Positions 8,422 to 17,821 of a DNA stretch of 24,000 nt are shown here, piece after piece (position 1 is the stretch's first letter; every line of letters begins with the position of its first letter). The position numbers and the translations under genes were made by a program. The notes below the pieces were generated by a model. It ran no database searches. It saw only the letters and a program-made list of their open reading frames with translations, and was not told where the DNA came from. Source of the stretch: Prolixibacteraceae bacterium (GTDB taxonomy: Bacteria; Bacteroidota; Bacteroidia; Bacteroidales; Prolixibacteraceae). Location: contig DATERL010000142.1 of the NCBI GenBank assembly GCA_035271585.1, positions 57,848 through 81,847 on the forward strand, in the 5' to 3' direction.

Positions 8422-9297
8422 ATGAAAATTGTTATACTATCGGCAAATCAGAAATTATATTCAACCCAGCGCTTGGTCGAAGCGGGTCAAAAACGCGGTC
8501 ACGAAATGCTGATAATAAACCATACCAAGTGCGATATTATTATTGAAAAGAAAAGACCACAAATTATTTATAATGGCGAAAGCATCACAGGTGTCGATGC
8601 TGTTATTCCTCGCATAGGCGCATCGGTTACTTTTTATGGCTCGTCGGTTGTTCGTCAATTCGAAATGATGAAAGTATTCACGGCCATTGAATCGCAAGCA
8701 CTTATCCGCTCACGTGACAAACTGCGGAGTCTTCAAATACTATCGAGGGCTGGGCTGGGTTTGCCCAAAACTGCATTTACCAATTATTCAAAAGATGTTG
8801 ACCGTGTTATTGAACAGGTGGGTGGTGCACCTTGCGTTATTAAATTACTCGAAGGAACACAGGGAGTTGGAGTTGTACTGGCCGAAACCCATAGCGCGGC
8901 CACTTCGGTGCTCGAGGCTTTTCACGGCTTGAAAGCACGAGTAATTGTACAGGAATTTATCAAAGAGTCCAACGGAGCCGACATCAGAGCATTTGTGGTT
9001 GATGGCGTAGTAGTTGGAGCCATGAAACGGCAAGGCAAAGAAGGCGAATTCCGCTCAAACCTGCATCGTGGCGGCACAGCTACCAACATTGAACTTAGCG
9101 ACGAAGAAGAGAATGCAGCATTAAAAGCAGCCAGAGTGCTGGGTTTGGGTATCGCAGGAGTAGATATGCTCCAGTCCTATAGTGGCCCAAAAATCATGGA
9201 AGTAAACTCATCGCCCGGACTCGAAGGCATCGAAGCCGCTACCGGTATCGATATTGCACTAAAGATAATTCGTTATGTAGAACGACACATTGACTGA
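8422..9297 (+). CDS. rimK: RimK-family ATP-grasp alpha-L-glutamate ligase (ribosomal protein bS6 modification protein)
   Basis: 291 aa, collinear by eye with E. coli RimK. Shared blocks: [18 protein letters not shown]...[53 protein letters not shown]....[24 protein letters not shown]...E. Confidence 0.92.
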   Translation: MKIVILSANQKLYSTQRLVEAGQKRGHEMLIINHTKCDIIIEKKRPQIIYNGESITGVDAVIPRIGASVTFYGSSVVRQFEMMKVFTAIESQALIRSRDKLRSLQILSRAGLGLPKTAFTNYSKDVDRVIEQVGGAPCVIKLLEGTQGVGVVLAETHSAATSVLEAFHGLKARVIVQEFIKESNGADIRAFVVDGVVVGAMKRQGKEGEFRSNLHRGGTATNIELSDEEENAALKAARVLGLGIAGVDMLQSYSGPKIMEVNSSPGLEGIEAATGIDIALKIIRYVERHID

Positions 9298-9364
9298 TTA
9301 TAAAACGTTCTCCAAATTTTAAGTTTTGGCGGGACGGGCTATACAGCCTTTAAAAACATTTAGT

Positions 9365-10339
9365 ATGAAAATTTTAGGCACTGAAATATTACCCGGAACC
9401 AGTACCCAGTTGAACATGGTAATTGCCCGACTGCATACACATACCATGATAGAAGTACCGGTTATTATTGAACGGTCAAAAACCGAGGGGCCCTGCTTGC
9501 TATTACTTGGAGGAATTCACGGAAACGAAATAAACGGTATTGAAATTGTTCGCAAAATAGTGGCCTTAAAAATCAACAAACCCCAACGTGGAACATGCAT
9601 TTGTATTCCGGTACTAAACGTGTTTGGTTTCCTAAACCAACAACGCGAGTTCCCCGACGGACGTGACTTAAACCGAGTTTTTCCGGGCTCAACAACGGGA
9701 TCGTTGGCCAGCCGTTTTGCTCATATTATGATGACCGAAATCATTCCACACATCGATTACTGCATTGACTATCACACTGGGGGCGATGGCCGTTTTAATT
9801 ATCCACAGTTGCGCATTGGTTATAACGACAATGAAACCCTCGATATGGCCAAAGCATTTGGTGTAAAATTTATTAAATTTGCCAAACAACGTGAAAAATC
9901 GTTCCGCGAAGTTGCCAATAAAGCGGGTAAAAAAATACTACTGTACGAAGGTGGAAAAACACTACATCTCGATCATGAAGTAACCCGTTTTGGCGTTCAA
10001 GGTGCAATAAATATAATGGAATACTTAAATATGCGTAACTTTAAGTCCGACATGCAAATACAGTCACTACCCGATGAGCAAATTATTATAAAATCGTCGA
10101 CATGGATACGGGCAAAATATTCAGGAATGTTTCGTTCGTTTTTTGAACTGGGTAGTTATGTTAAAAAAGGCGATGTTATTGGCACAATTTCAGATCCATT
10201 TGGCGATTTCGAAAAACCGGTAAAAGCACCAAACAACGGCTATGCATTTTGTTGCGAACACTCTCCCATTGTGAACCAAGGCAGTGCTTTAGTACATTTA
10301 TCAACCACACATATTCCTCATTTAAATAATAAAATATGA
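9365..10339 (+). CDS. Succinylglutamate desuccinylase/aspartoacylase (AstE/AspA) family zinc amidohydrolase, M14-like
   Basis: The track starts at TTG 9326; I prefer ATG 9365 (MKILGTEILPG). The zinc motif H-x-x-E is in LLLGGIHGNEING. DGRDLNRVFPG and a second His in IDYHTGG are also present. C-terminal beta domain. Confidence 0.85.
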   Translation: MKILGTEILPGTSTQLNMVIARLHTHTMIEVPVIIERSKTEGPCLLLLGGIHGNEINGIEIVRKIVALKINKPQRGTCICIPVLNVFGFLNQQREFPDGRDLNRVFPGSTTGSLASRFAHIMMTEIIPHIDYCIDYHTGGDGRFNYPQLRIGYNDNETLDMAKAFGVKFIKFAKQREKSFREVANKAGKKILLYEGGKTLHLDHEVTRFGVQGAINIMEYLNMRNFKSDMQIQSLPDEQIIIKSSTWIRAKYSGMFRSFFELGSYVKKGDVIGTISDPFGDFEKPVKAPNNGYAFCCEHSPIVNQGSALVHLSTTHIPHLNNKI

Positions 10340-11433
10340 AAACCACACTACTAACCATCAGCCTGTTAATAACGTTATTTTTAATGAGCTGCACCAACAG
10401 TCAACCCAAACAATATAACACAAACAACCCAAACATACGTTATGCCGGCCACATCGAAAAACTCGACAACGAAGTAATTCTGATCAATTCGGGATCATCG
10501 GCCACCATTTATTTCGAAGGCGACACCTGTGTATTATTTCTCAGAAATCATAATCAAAACGAATTATACAACTTCTTTTCAATTGAACTCGACGATGAAG
10601 ACCTTGGCCGTTTCATCATTGATGGCAACGAAATGATTGCCATACCGATTGCCATAAACTTTCAAAAAGATATTCATAAGGTATCGGTTTATAAATCGAC
10701 TGAAGCCTCCAACGGTTACATCAACTTTGGGGGAATTTTATGCCAAAAAGTTGTCGAACCGGCTCCAGCTTTCGAAAAAACAATTGAGTTTATAGGTAAC
10801 TCAATAACCTGCGGCATGGGAAACGACACCCTTTTAATTGCTTGCCACACCAACCAATGGTATGACCAACACAATGCTTATTGGGCTTATGGCCCTACGG
10901 TTTCAAGAGCATTAAAAGTCAATTTTCTGCTCAGTTCGGTTTCGGGTATTGGCATTTACCGCAATTGGAACGATGTTGGCCTTACCATGCCTGAGGTTTA
11001 CGAAAACCTTTACCTTGATAATAATTCAAATCAAAAACGCGATTTTTCACTTCATTCACCCAACATTGTCAGCATTGCATTGGGCACCAACGATTTTTCG
11101 GATGGCGATGGAGTTAACGAGCGCTTGCCTTTCGATGAAAAAGAATTTATTGAAACTTACATCACTTTTGTTGCAACCGTTTTAAGTTATTATCCAAAAA
11201 CGCAAATAGCCTTACTAAACAGCCCCATGTTGAAGGATGAAAAGAACGAACAATTTATAAAGTGTTTAAAGGCAGTTAAGAAACATTTTGAAGGAAGCAA
11301 CTATAAACCATTTGCTATTTTTGAGTTCGAAAGCTTCGAACCACAAGGATGCGATTACCATCCCGAAATTAATGATCATTTATTGATGGCCGATCAACTC
11401 TACAACTTTTATAGTGAGTTATTGAAAGATTAA
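10336..11433 (+). CDS. SGNH/GDSL hydrolase lipoprotein, CE2-like (N-terminal beta-sandwich plus esterase domain)
   Basis: 365 aa with lipobox LFLMSC. Block I is IEFIGNSITCGMG (catalytic Ser), block III is ALGTNDF, and there is a C-terminal His in GCDYHPE. The ATG overlaps the stop of the upstream gene (ATGA at 10336-10339). Confidence 0.75.
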   Translation: MKTTLLTISLLITLFLMSCTNSQPKQYNTNNPNIRYAGHIEKLDNEVILINSGSSATIYFEGDTCVLFLRNHNQNELYNFFSIELDDEDLGRFIIDGNEMIAIPIAINFQKDIHKVSVYKSTEASNGYINFGGILCQKVVEPAPAFEKTIEFIGNSITCGMGNDTLLIACHTNQWYDQHNAYWAYGPTVSRALKVNFLLSSVSGIGIYRNWNDVGLTMPEVYENLYLDNNSNQKRDFSLHSPNIVSIALGTNDFSDGDGVNERLPFDEKEFIETYITFVATVLSYYPKTQIALLNSPMLKDEKNEQFIKCLKAVKKHFEGSNYKPFAIFEFESFEPQGCDYHPEINDHLLMADQLYNFYSELLKD

Positions 11434-11522
11434 AAAAATTACCCCCTAAAACGGTCATTTTTATATACCATTGGATTTTTTCTTCTAACTATTTTTGCCA
11501 CCAGTTAGATCATTTTATCAGC

Positions 11523-11645
11523 ATGAAAAGAAAGAATTCACAATTGGTTACCTCGTACATTGTACTGAGAGTTTTTGAAGCAGGTACAATCAGTATAATT
11601 TTTGGTTTGATATTAATAGCCCTGATTATTTCGGGCCTTCATTAA
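11523..11645 (+). CDS. Candidate 40-aa small membrane peptide (not in the ORF track)
   Basis: ATG at 11523, TAA at 11643-11645. Product: MKRKNSQLVTSYIVLRVFEAGTISIIFGLILIALIISGLH, a basic N-terminus followed by one TM helix. It sits in an otherwise empty 228-bp convergent intergenic region. No homology evidence is available. Confidence 0.25.
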   Translation: MKRKNSQLVTSYIVLRVFEAGTISIIFGLILIALIISGLH

Positions 11646-11661
11646 TCTGAAAATAAGCCCG

Positions 11662-14298
11662 TTAATAAGCATAATCGGTATTAGATTTATCAATTTTCAA
11701 AACCTGAAGCATCGAAGAGTTGGCCCTGATGGTAAAACTATAGTAAGGCCTGGTGCTAATTGGCGCAAAATCAAAAGACATACTCCAACAGTGCAAATCA
11801 CGAATAACCGACATTTTTGTATGGGTAATTTCCATCGCCATAAAATCGAAACCCGACGAAAAGGTGGTTTTCCACTTGGGGGTAATATCTAAACTACCAC
11901 TCAAATTAACCGATTGAGTCCAACGAGCTGTCCCATTGTTATTTGAATAATTAAAGGTGTAATTTAAGCTAACCCGCCAAGGCATGTTAAATGGACTGTA
12001 TGTTAGGTTTTCATTTTCACTAACCACGTCTTCGGTACCAGATTCGTCGCCTGCTAAATGATTTTTCTTTTTTCGCTCTTCCTTCATTTTAGTAAACTTA
12101 TCGGAACTATAACTGTAACTATAGCCAGTACTCAAATTGGTAAGACGGCCCAAACGTCCAATTCCATTTGAATTATTCCACATAAATTCATTCATTTTCA
12201 ATCCTTTTTCATTTAAGGCATAAGGATCGAGCGTTCCGGTTAAATTAATTGCCGTTCCTGCAATTTTAACCCGTGCATTGAGCGAAAATGGCGCTAAGTT
12301 TAGCGAATCGGCAAATAGGTTATAGGAACTACTAAAGCTGAGGTTATCGAAAATAGGTACTTTCTTAAATGCTTTGTTCGACGTAGTATCCTTATCGTTG
12401 ACAATTTTCATTTCGATATTGTTGTTTACACCAAAACGAATTGAGCCACTGGCAGTGCTTGCCGACGAATTAAAGATATTATATCGCTGCATATTGCCCA
12501 GTGAGTCGACCTGTACCATTTCATAAAAGCCGAACCAATCTTTTGTAAAATCGGGATTATAGCTAAGCCCAAAGCTGGGGTCAATTTTATGCCTGATCGA
12601 TTTCACTTTCCAGTTGGGGTTTTTCATATTGTACAACCCATACAAGGTAGTGCTGGCGCCAAGGCTGACATTGAAATTGTAGTTCCGCTTAAAGCCATCT
12701 TTTTGCTTTTCTTCGACATGCCCCGACATCCATTTTTCCATACCAGTCTCGTTATCAATGCCGTAATAACCATCAATCCAATATTTTTCGGTATAATCGA
12801 AAGCCCAACTTTCGTTGTACCCAACCGAAGGAACTACATTTATATAATTGAACAACCTGAACGAAGGCAAAGTAATTGGCAAATTGTGCCTGACCCCTTT
12901 TTCCCATTGAGAATAAGGCGTTGAAAGTAATTGTGATTCTTTGGTGTTTATCTTGCTATCGAACTGGGCACTGTACGAAAGTTTAAAATCTTCGTAAAAC
13001 CGCTTCTTACCTACCCTCTTTTTGCTTTTAAAAGGGTAAATACTCTTCATGTTTACATTTAACGATGGTAATGATAAGGAGATGGTTGAGTCTCGTGAAT
13101 TTTGCGACAACCTCATACTGGCCGATACATTAAACGGCGTATTTAAAAAATCTTTACGATAGGTAACAGACGACGAGGTACTATTATTCAAGAACTGATC
13201 GGGATTATCAAATTCGTTTTCTTTGCTAAAGCCACTTGTTTTAAAATCGACACTTACATTGAACGTTTGCGACAGGCTGGCTTTGCTGTCCTGGTTAAGG
13301 CTCCACCTAACGCTAAAACTTGGGCTAACCTTTTGGTTAATTCCTCGCTCACCGGTAATATGGTGTGCATAACTAAATCCAAAGTTCCCCGAAAACTTAT
13401 AACGCCAACGGTATTTCGTACTGGCATTTACTGCCCATTTACCATTTGAATAAATATCGCCGGTAACGCGCAAATCAAAATAATCGCTGGCTGCCCAATA
13501 AAAACCACCATCGCGCAAATAAAAGCCCAACGATCGTTCCTGTCCGTACGAAGGATCAATTACCCCCGATGAATATTTTTTCTTTTTAGTTGGAATATAG
13601 CCATAAGGCAAAAAAGGAACATAAATCGGGAAATCTTCGAGCACTAAATAGGCACGCCCGGTAATGATCGCTTTTTCGCGCACTATTTTACCTTTTGTCA
13701 TTTGCAGGTAAAAGTGAGGGTGTTCGGCATCGCAGGTTGAATATTTGCCATCGACCATGCAATAAACATCTTTGTTCATCATTTTTGCTTTTGCACCTCG
13801 AACAAGCCCGTCTTGCTGTGCTGTCACCACATTTTCGACAAAACCTTTGCCCGTTTTAAAGTTATAGCGCAACGATTCACATTCGAACTCTTCGCCCCCT
13901 TCCGTAAATTTTGATTTTTTTAGAATATTACCAAGTGAATCTTTAACCACCGTGGCATAAATTTCCTTGTTTTCAAAATTCATCGAAATATAATCGGCCT
14001 CCAGATTAATGGTTCCATACTTTATAGTTGCATCGCCATATAGATGCACTATTTGTTGACCGTTTTCAAACGAAAAGGCCATTGAATCTTTCGAAGTATA
14101 AGAAATAGGTGACTCTATCAACGGAGCCGATTGCTTAATTTCAGAAACAATAGATTCAATTCTAGCGGTATCGCTCGATATTGAATCGGTTTCAAAAAAA
14201 TCAATCAGGTTGACTTCAGCCCCTTCTGTTTGCGAAAACAAGATAAATGGCAAAAACAAAACCGGCAATAAAACAAGTATGTATATCGTTATTCTCAA
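11662..14298 (-). CDS. lptD: LptD-like LPS-assembly outer-membrane protein (Bacteroidota long form)
   Basis: 878-aa ORF with a signal peptide (ILVLLPVLFLPFILFSQ). The N-terminal OstA-like segment is VHLYGDATIKYGTINLEADYISMNFENKEIYA. A long beta-barrel-type region follows with alternating aromatic/Gly/Ser/Asn strands and a C-terminal aromatic. The only start in the open frame before the signal peptide is TTG at 14298. The adjacent divergent amidase gene is a pairing I recall as common in Bacteroidota, not checked here. Confidence 0.72.
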   Translation of the reverse strand: MRITIYILVLLPVLFLPFILFSQTEGAEVNLIDFFETDSISSDTARIESIVSEIKQSAPLIESPISYTSKDSMAFSFENGQQIVHLYGDATIKYGTINLEADYISMNFENKEIYATVVKDSLGNILKKSKFTEGGEEFECESLRYNFKTGKGFVENVVTAQQDGLVRGAKAKMMNKDVYCMVDGKYSTCDAEHPHFYLQMTKGKIVREKAIITGRAYLVLEDFPIYVPFLPYGYIPTKKKKYSSGVIDPSYGQERSLGFYLRDGGFYWAASDYFDLRVTGDIYSNGKWAVNASTKYRWRYKFSGNFGFSYAHHITGERGINQKVSPSFSVRWSLNQDSKASLSQTFNVSVDFKTSGFSKENEFDNPDQFLNNSTSSSVTYRKDFLNTPFNVSASMRLSQNSRDSTISLSLPSLNVNMKSIYPFKSKKRVGKKRFYEDFKLSYSAQFDSKINTKESQLLSTPYSQWEKGVRHNLPITLPSFRLFNYINVVPSVGYNESWAFDYTEKYWIDGYYGIDNETGMEKWMSGHVEEKQKDGFKRNYNFNVSLGASTTLYGLYNMKNPNWKVKSIRHKIDPSFGLSYNPDFTKDWFGFYEMVQVDSLGNMQRYNIFNSSASTASGSIRFGVNNNIEMKIVNDKDTTSNKAFKKVPIFDNLSFSSSYNLFADSLNLAPFSLNARVKIAGTAINLTGTLDPYALNEKGLKMNEFMWNNSNGIGRLGRLTNLSTGYSYSYSSDKFTKMKEERKKKNHLAGDESGTEDVVSENENLTYSPFNMPWRVSLNYTFNYSNNNGTARWTQSVNLSGSLDITPKWKTTFSSGFDFMAMEITHTKMSVIRDLHCWSMSFDFAPISTRPYYSFTIRANSSMLQVLKIDKSNTDYAY

Positions 14299-14317
14299 AT
14301 GCGAAAAAATTAAGGCT

Positions 14318-14325
14318 CAAAAATA
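14318..14325 (-). promoter_or_regulatory. Candidate -7 promoter box (TATTTTTG on the minus strand) for the lptD-like gene
   Basis: Plus-strand CAAAAATA is minus-strand TATTTTTG, which matches TAnnTTTG. It lies 20 nt upstream of the TTG start, implying a very short leader. Confidence 0.25.
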
Positions 14326-14484
14326 TATTAAAAAAACTACTACTGCCATCATTTTCCTATATTAAGCCATAATCGTACCATCAAATTCATTTTTTAAATT
14401 TTAATATTTATTTTTTTGAATAAATTATGTCATCCCAAAATAAACTATATATTCACTTGTTTATTATAAGAAAAAAGTCAAAAA

Positions 14485-15684
14485 ATGTTAAGAAAGACAA
14501 TAAAGCTTATTTTAGTAGTAATCCTGTTTTCATCACAGGTGGCCAACGCGCAAGAAAAAACATTCAAACTCAATACGGTTGTAATTGATGCGGGCCATGG
14601 AGGTAAAGATCCGGGGGCAATTATTGGTAATGTAAAAGAAAAAGATATTGTGCTTGATGTTGCACTACGTACCGGTAAATTAATCCAGCAACAATTCCTC
14701 GATGTTAAAGTAATTTACACAAGGGAGAAAGATGAGTTTATATCGTTGTTAGATCGGGCCGAAATTGCTAACAAACAAAAAGCCGACCTGTTTATTTCAA
14801 TACATGTCAATACATTTCAAAAAAAAGATATAAATGGTGCCGAAACATTTATATTGGGAAATCACCGTTCGGAAGATAATTTGAAAGTAGCCCAAATGGA
14901 AAACTCGGTTATTTTGCTCGAAGATGACTATACTACCCGTTATGAGGGCTTTGATCCCAATTCGGCCGAATCGTACATTATGTTTGAACTGATTCAAAAT
15001 GAATTTTTGGAACAAAGTAGATTTTTCGCCGATCAAATTCAAACCAGCTTTATTAAAAATGCCAACCGTAAAAGCCGTGGCGTAAAACAAGCCGGATTCT
15101 TGGTATTAAGGCAAACCACCATGCCAAGTGTTTTAATCGAGCTAGGTTTTATCAGCAATAATACCGAAGTGGTTTATTTAGTGAGTAACGAAGGCAAGCA
15201 AAACATGGCACTATCCATTGCCAAAGCATTTGCAAACTATAAAATGAGAAATGATTTACGTTCGGAAATAAAAACCAACGAAACTCCTCTTACTAAAAGC
15301 GAAGAAGAACCAACCATTGCTGAAAATAAAATTCCAAATCAACAAACAACACCAAAACCCGAATTGGCGGTTCCTGTTATCACCAAGGGAACAACACCAA
15401 ACCCACCTTCTGCATCCAATACATTTGTCACAATCGACAATGAAAATAATAAAGGGAAATGGTATGGTATTCAAATTTTGGCCAGTAAAAAAGCGTTAAA
15501 CATTAACGATCAACTATTTTCCGAAACCAATGAACCAATTCATTACTATTTCGAAAATGAATGGCATAAGTATTATGTAGGACTAGCCCAAAATAAATCC
15601 GAACCCCAATCAAAATTAAAAGTAATTGGTGAAAAGTTCAAGGGTGCATTTATAGTTTCATTTAATAATGGAAAAAAAGAATAA
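14485..15684 (+). CDS. N-acetylmuramoyl-L-alanine amidase (Amidase_3) with C-terminal SPOR domain
   Basis: 399 aa with a signal peptide. The catalytic domain has VVIDAGHGGKDPGA, LFISIHVN, GAETF and PSVLIELGFISN. A Pro/Thr-rich linker follows. The C-terminal SPOR-like region is WYGIQILASKK...YYVGLAQNKSEPQSKLKVIGEKFKGAFIVSF. Confidence 0.9.
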   Translation: MLRKTIKLILVVILFSSQVANAQEKTFKLNTVVIDAGHGGKDPGAIIGNVKEKDIVLDVALRTGKLIQQQFLDVKVIYTREKDEFISLLDRAEIANKQKADLFISIHVNTFQKKDINGAETFILGNHRSEDNLKVAQMENSVILLEDDYTTRYEGFDPNSAESYIMFELIQNEFLEQSRFFADQIQTSFIKNANRKSRGVKQAGFLVLRQTTMPSVLIELGFISNNTEVVYLVSNEGKQNMALSIAKAFANYKMRNDLRSEIKTNETPLTKSEEEPTIAENKIPNQQTTPKPELAVPVITKGTTPNPPSASNTFVTIDNENNKGKWYGIQILASKKALNINDQLFSETNEPIHYYFENEWHKYYVGLAQNKSEPQSKLKVIGEKFKGAFIVSFNNGKKE

Positions 15685-16324
15685 AACCTCCATCCGAATC
15701 ATTACATTTTCAAAAATCTAGATTATTTGTGATTGCCAAAACAAAAAGCAAAATGTTTTGTACAACACAAAGGCATAGAATATGTACTTATATTTAAAAT
15801 ATCTAAAACAGCTAAAAAACGTCATATTTTAATTCATCAGATTTTCATATCTTTTAATAATAAATAGGTAATAATATTTTTTCAAGTCGTAAAAATGCAA
15901 CCGTTTTTTAACATACAACCACATCATTGAAAGGAAAAAAGAGATTAAAATGAATAATTATTACAACTAACAAAAACGATAATACTAATTAATATGTGTA
16001 GTTTTTATTGCGTACTCCTATATACTTGATTTATTCACTAAACAATAACATACACTCACTATTATTGAAATTTTGTTAAGTAAGGAAAAGTAAATGTAAA
16101 ACAATTTAAAAATCAAGTTTATAGGCAAGTCGATAAAGCTTATGTATTGATATTCTAATACTTACAAAATATATTTTTTTTATTAACACATTATACCTGA
16201 CCCACAAACGATTGTATCTTTTTATTAAAAAACAAGTGTTATTAAATTTTTTTATCATCTATTTTTTTCACATTTTTGTAAAAGATTAAACAAAAGACCT
16301 AAAATTTATTGCTAAACTAAAATT
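15685..16324. other. Very AT-rich 640-bp non-coding region upstream of dnaA; candidate oriC / dnaA control region
   Basis: No ORF of 60 aa or more on either strand, with long A/T runs. There are only degenerate DnaA-box-like 9-mers, each 2 mismatches from TTATCCACA: TTATTCACT 16031-16039, TGACCCACA 16198-16206, TTTTTCACA 16264-16272. No perfect box was found. Confidence 0.35.
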
Positions 16325-16339
16325 TTGAACACACCCGTA

Positions 16340-17767
16340 ATGAATAAGAACCATCATCAAATATGGAATGATTGCCTTGCAATTATTAAAGACAATGTAC
16401 AACCCATTAGTTTCCGTACTTGGTTCGAGCCCATAAAGCCCCTTAAACTTGAAGGCAATATTTTAACCATTCAAGTACCCAGTCCGTTTTTCTACGAGTA
16501 CCTCGAAGAGCAATACATAGACATCTTGCGTAAGACTTTGAAAAAAACAATTGGAAACAATGCTAAGTTGGAATACAACGTAGTAATGAGCGATCATCAA
16601 CAAAGTTCAAGTTCATTAACCGTTAATTACCCTACTAACAATGGTGCAAAATTAAACAACCGTCCGGTTTCAATTCCCATAAAGGCAGATACCTCGACCA
16701 TTAAAAATCCTTTTGTTATTCCAGGCATCCAAAAACTGCACATCGATCCGCAATTAAAAAAAGACAATACTTTTGATAATTTTATTGAAGGGGAATGCAA
16801 CAGGTTGGCACGTTCGGCAGGATATGCAGTTGCTCAAAACCCTGGTGGTACTGCATTTAATCCACTTATGATTTTTGGCGATAGCGGCTTGGGCAAAACC
16901 CACCTTGCCCATGCTATAGGAATTGAAGTAAAAGAACGATACCCCGACAAAGTTGTACTATACGTTAATGCCAGCAAATTTATAACCCAATATTCCGAAG
17001 CCACCCGCAATAATAACCGCAACGACTTTTTGCACTTCTATCAAATGATTGACGTGCTCATTATTGACGATGTTCAAGAATTTGCAGGTAAAGAAAAAAC
17101 TCAGGAAACATTTTTCCATGTTTTCAACCACCTGCATCAGTTAGGCAAACAATTAATATTAACTTCAGATAAAGCGCCAATCGACATTAAAGGTATTGAA
17201 CAAAGGTTATTGTCGAGGTTCAAATGGGGACTTACCACCGATTTGCAAACCCCCGACTACCAAACGAGGTTGGCAATTCTTAAAAAGAAAACATACAAAG
17301 ATGGTTTAACCATGCCCGACGAAGTACTCGAATACATTGCCGAACACATCGACACTAATGTAAGAGAACTCGAAGGCGCGTTGATTTCATTATTGGCACA
17401 ATCGACCCTTAATAAAAGGGACATTACCATTGACCTGGCCATGGAGTTAATCAACAAAATCATAAAACAAAGTAAGCACGAAATCACCATCGACTATATC
17501 CAAAAAATTGTTTGCGATTATTTCAACATGACATCAGACTCATTACAGTCGAAAACACGAAAAAGGGAAATTGTTCAGGCTCGGCAAATTGCCATGTTTT
17601 TCTCCAAATCGCTAACTAAATCGTCGTTAGCATCAATTGGAGCTCAAATTGGACAGAAAGACCATGCAACTGTTTTACATGCTTGCAAAACCGTCAACAA
17701 CCTGATAGACACCGACAAACAATTCAAAATGGATGTCGACGAGATAGAAAAGAGATTAAAAGTTTAA
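16340..17767 (+). CDS. dnaA: Chromosomal replication initiator protein DnaA
   Basis: The track starts at TTG 16325; I prefer ATG 16340 (MNKNHHQIWNDCL). Motifs present: N-terminal domain I, Walker A GDSGLGKTHL, Walker B LIIDDVQ, sensor/arginine-finger region NVRELEGAL. The C-terminal DNA-binding domain has REIVQARQIAMFF...IGAQIGQKDHATVLHACK. Confidence 0.96.
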   Translation: MNKNHHQIWNDCLAIIKDNVQPISFRTWFEPIKPLKLEGNILTIQVPSPFFYEYLEEQYIDILRKTLKKTIGNNAKLEYNVVMSDHQQSSSSLTVNYPTNNGAKLNNRPVSIPIKADTSTIKNPFVIPGIQKLHIDPQLKKDNTFDNFIEGECNRLARSAGYAVAQNPGGTAFNPLMIFGDSGLGKTHLAHAIGIEVKERYPDKVVLYVNASKFITQYSEATRNNNRNDFLHFYQMIDVLIIDDVQEFAGKEKTQETFFHVFNHLHQLGKQLILTSDKAPIDIKGIEQRLLSRFKWGLTTDLQTPDYQTRLAILKKKTYKDGLTMPDEVLEYIAEHIDTNVRELEGALISLLAQSTLNKRDITIDLAMELINKIIKQSKHEITIDYIQKIVCDYFNMTSDSLQSKTRKREIVQARQIAMFFSKSLTKSSLASIGAQIGQKDHATVLHACKTVNNLIDTDKQFKMDVDEIEKRLKV

Positions 17768-17783
17768 TTAATATTACACAAAA

Positions 17784-17807
17784 GCAGGTCATCGGATCTG
17801 CTTTTTT
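17784..17807 (+). terminator. Rho-independent terminator after dnaA
   Basis: GCAGGTC (17784-17790), ATCG loop, GATCTGC (17795-17801). This forms a 7-bp stem with one G-U pair, followed by TTTTTT (17802-17807). It begins 17 nt after the dnaA stop. Confidence 0.7.
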
Positions 17808-17821
17808 ATTAAAAAAGCAAT

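Noticed and set aside
11632-11661. Imperfect hairpin CGGGC(C)TT-15 nt-AAGCCCG immediately downstream of the lptD-like stop.
   Set aside because: It has a bulged stem, a large loop and no U-tract on either strand, so I do not call it an intrinsic terminator.
15736-15760. Hairpin CAAAACA-10 nt-TGTTTTG about 50 nt after the amidase stop.
   Set aside because: It is an A/U-only 7-bp stem with no following U-tract. It is too weak to call a terminator and cannot be distinguished from chance in this AT-rich region.
15911-16272. DnaA-box-like 9-mers upstream of dnaA (ACAACCACA 15915, TTATTCACT 16031, TGACCCACA 16198, TTTTTCACA 16264).
   Set aside because: None is a perfect TTATCCACA. At 2-3 mismatches, such hits are expected by chance in 640 bp of AT-rich DNA. 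I therefore do not annotate individual boxes and keep oriC only as a low-confidence regional call.
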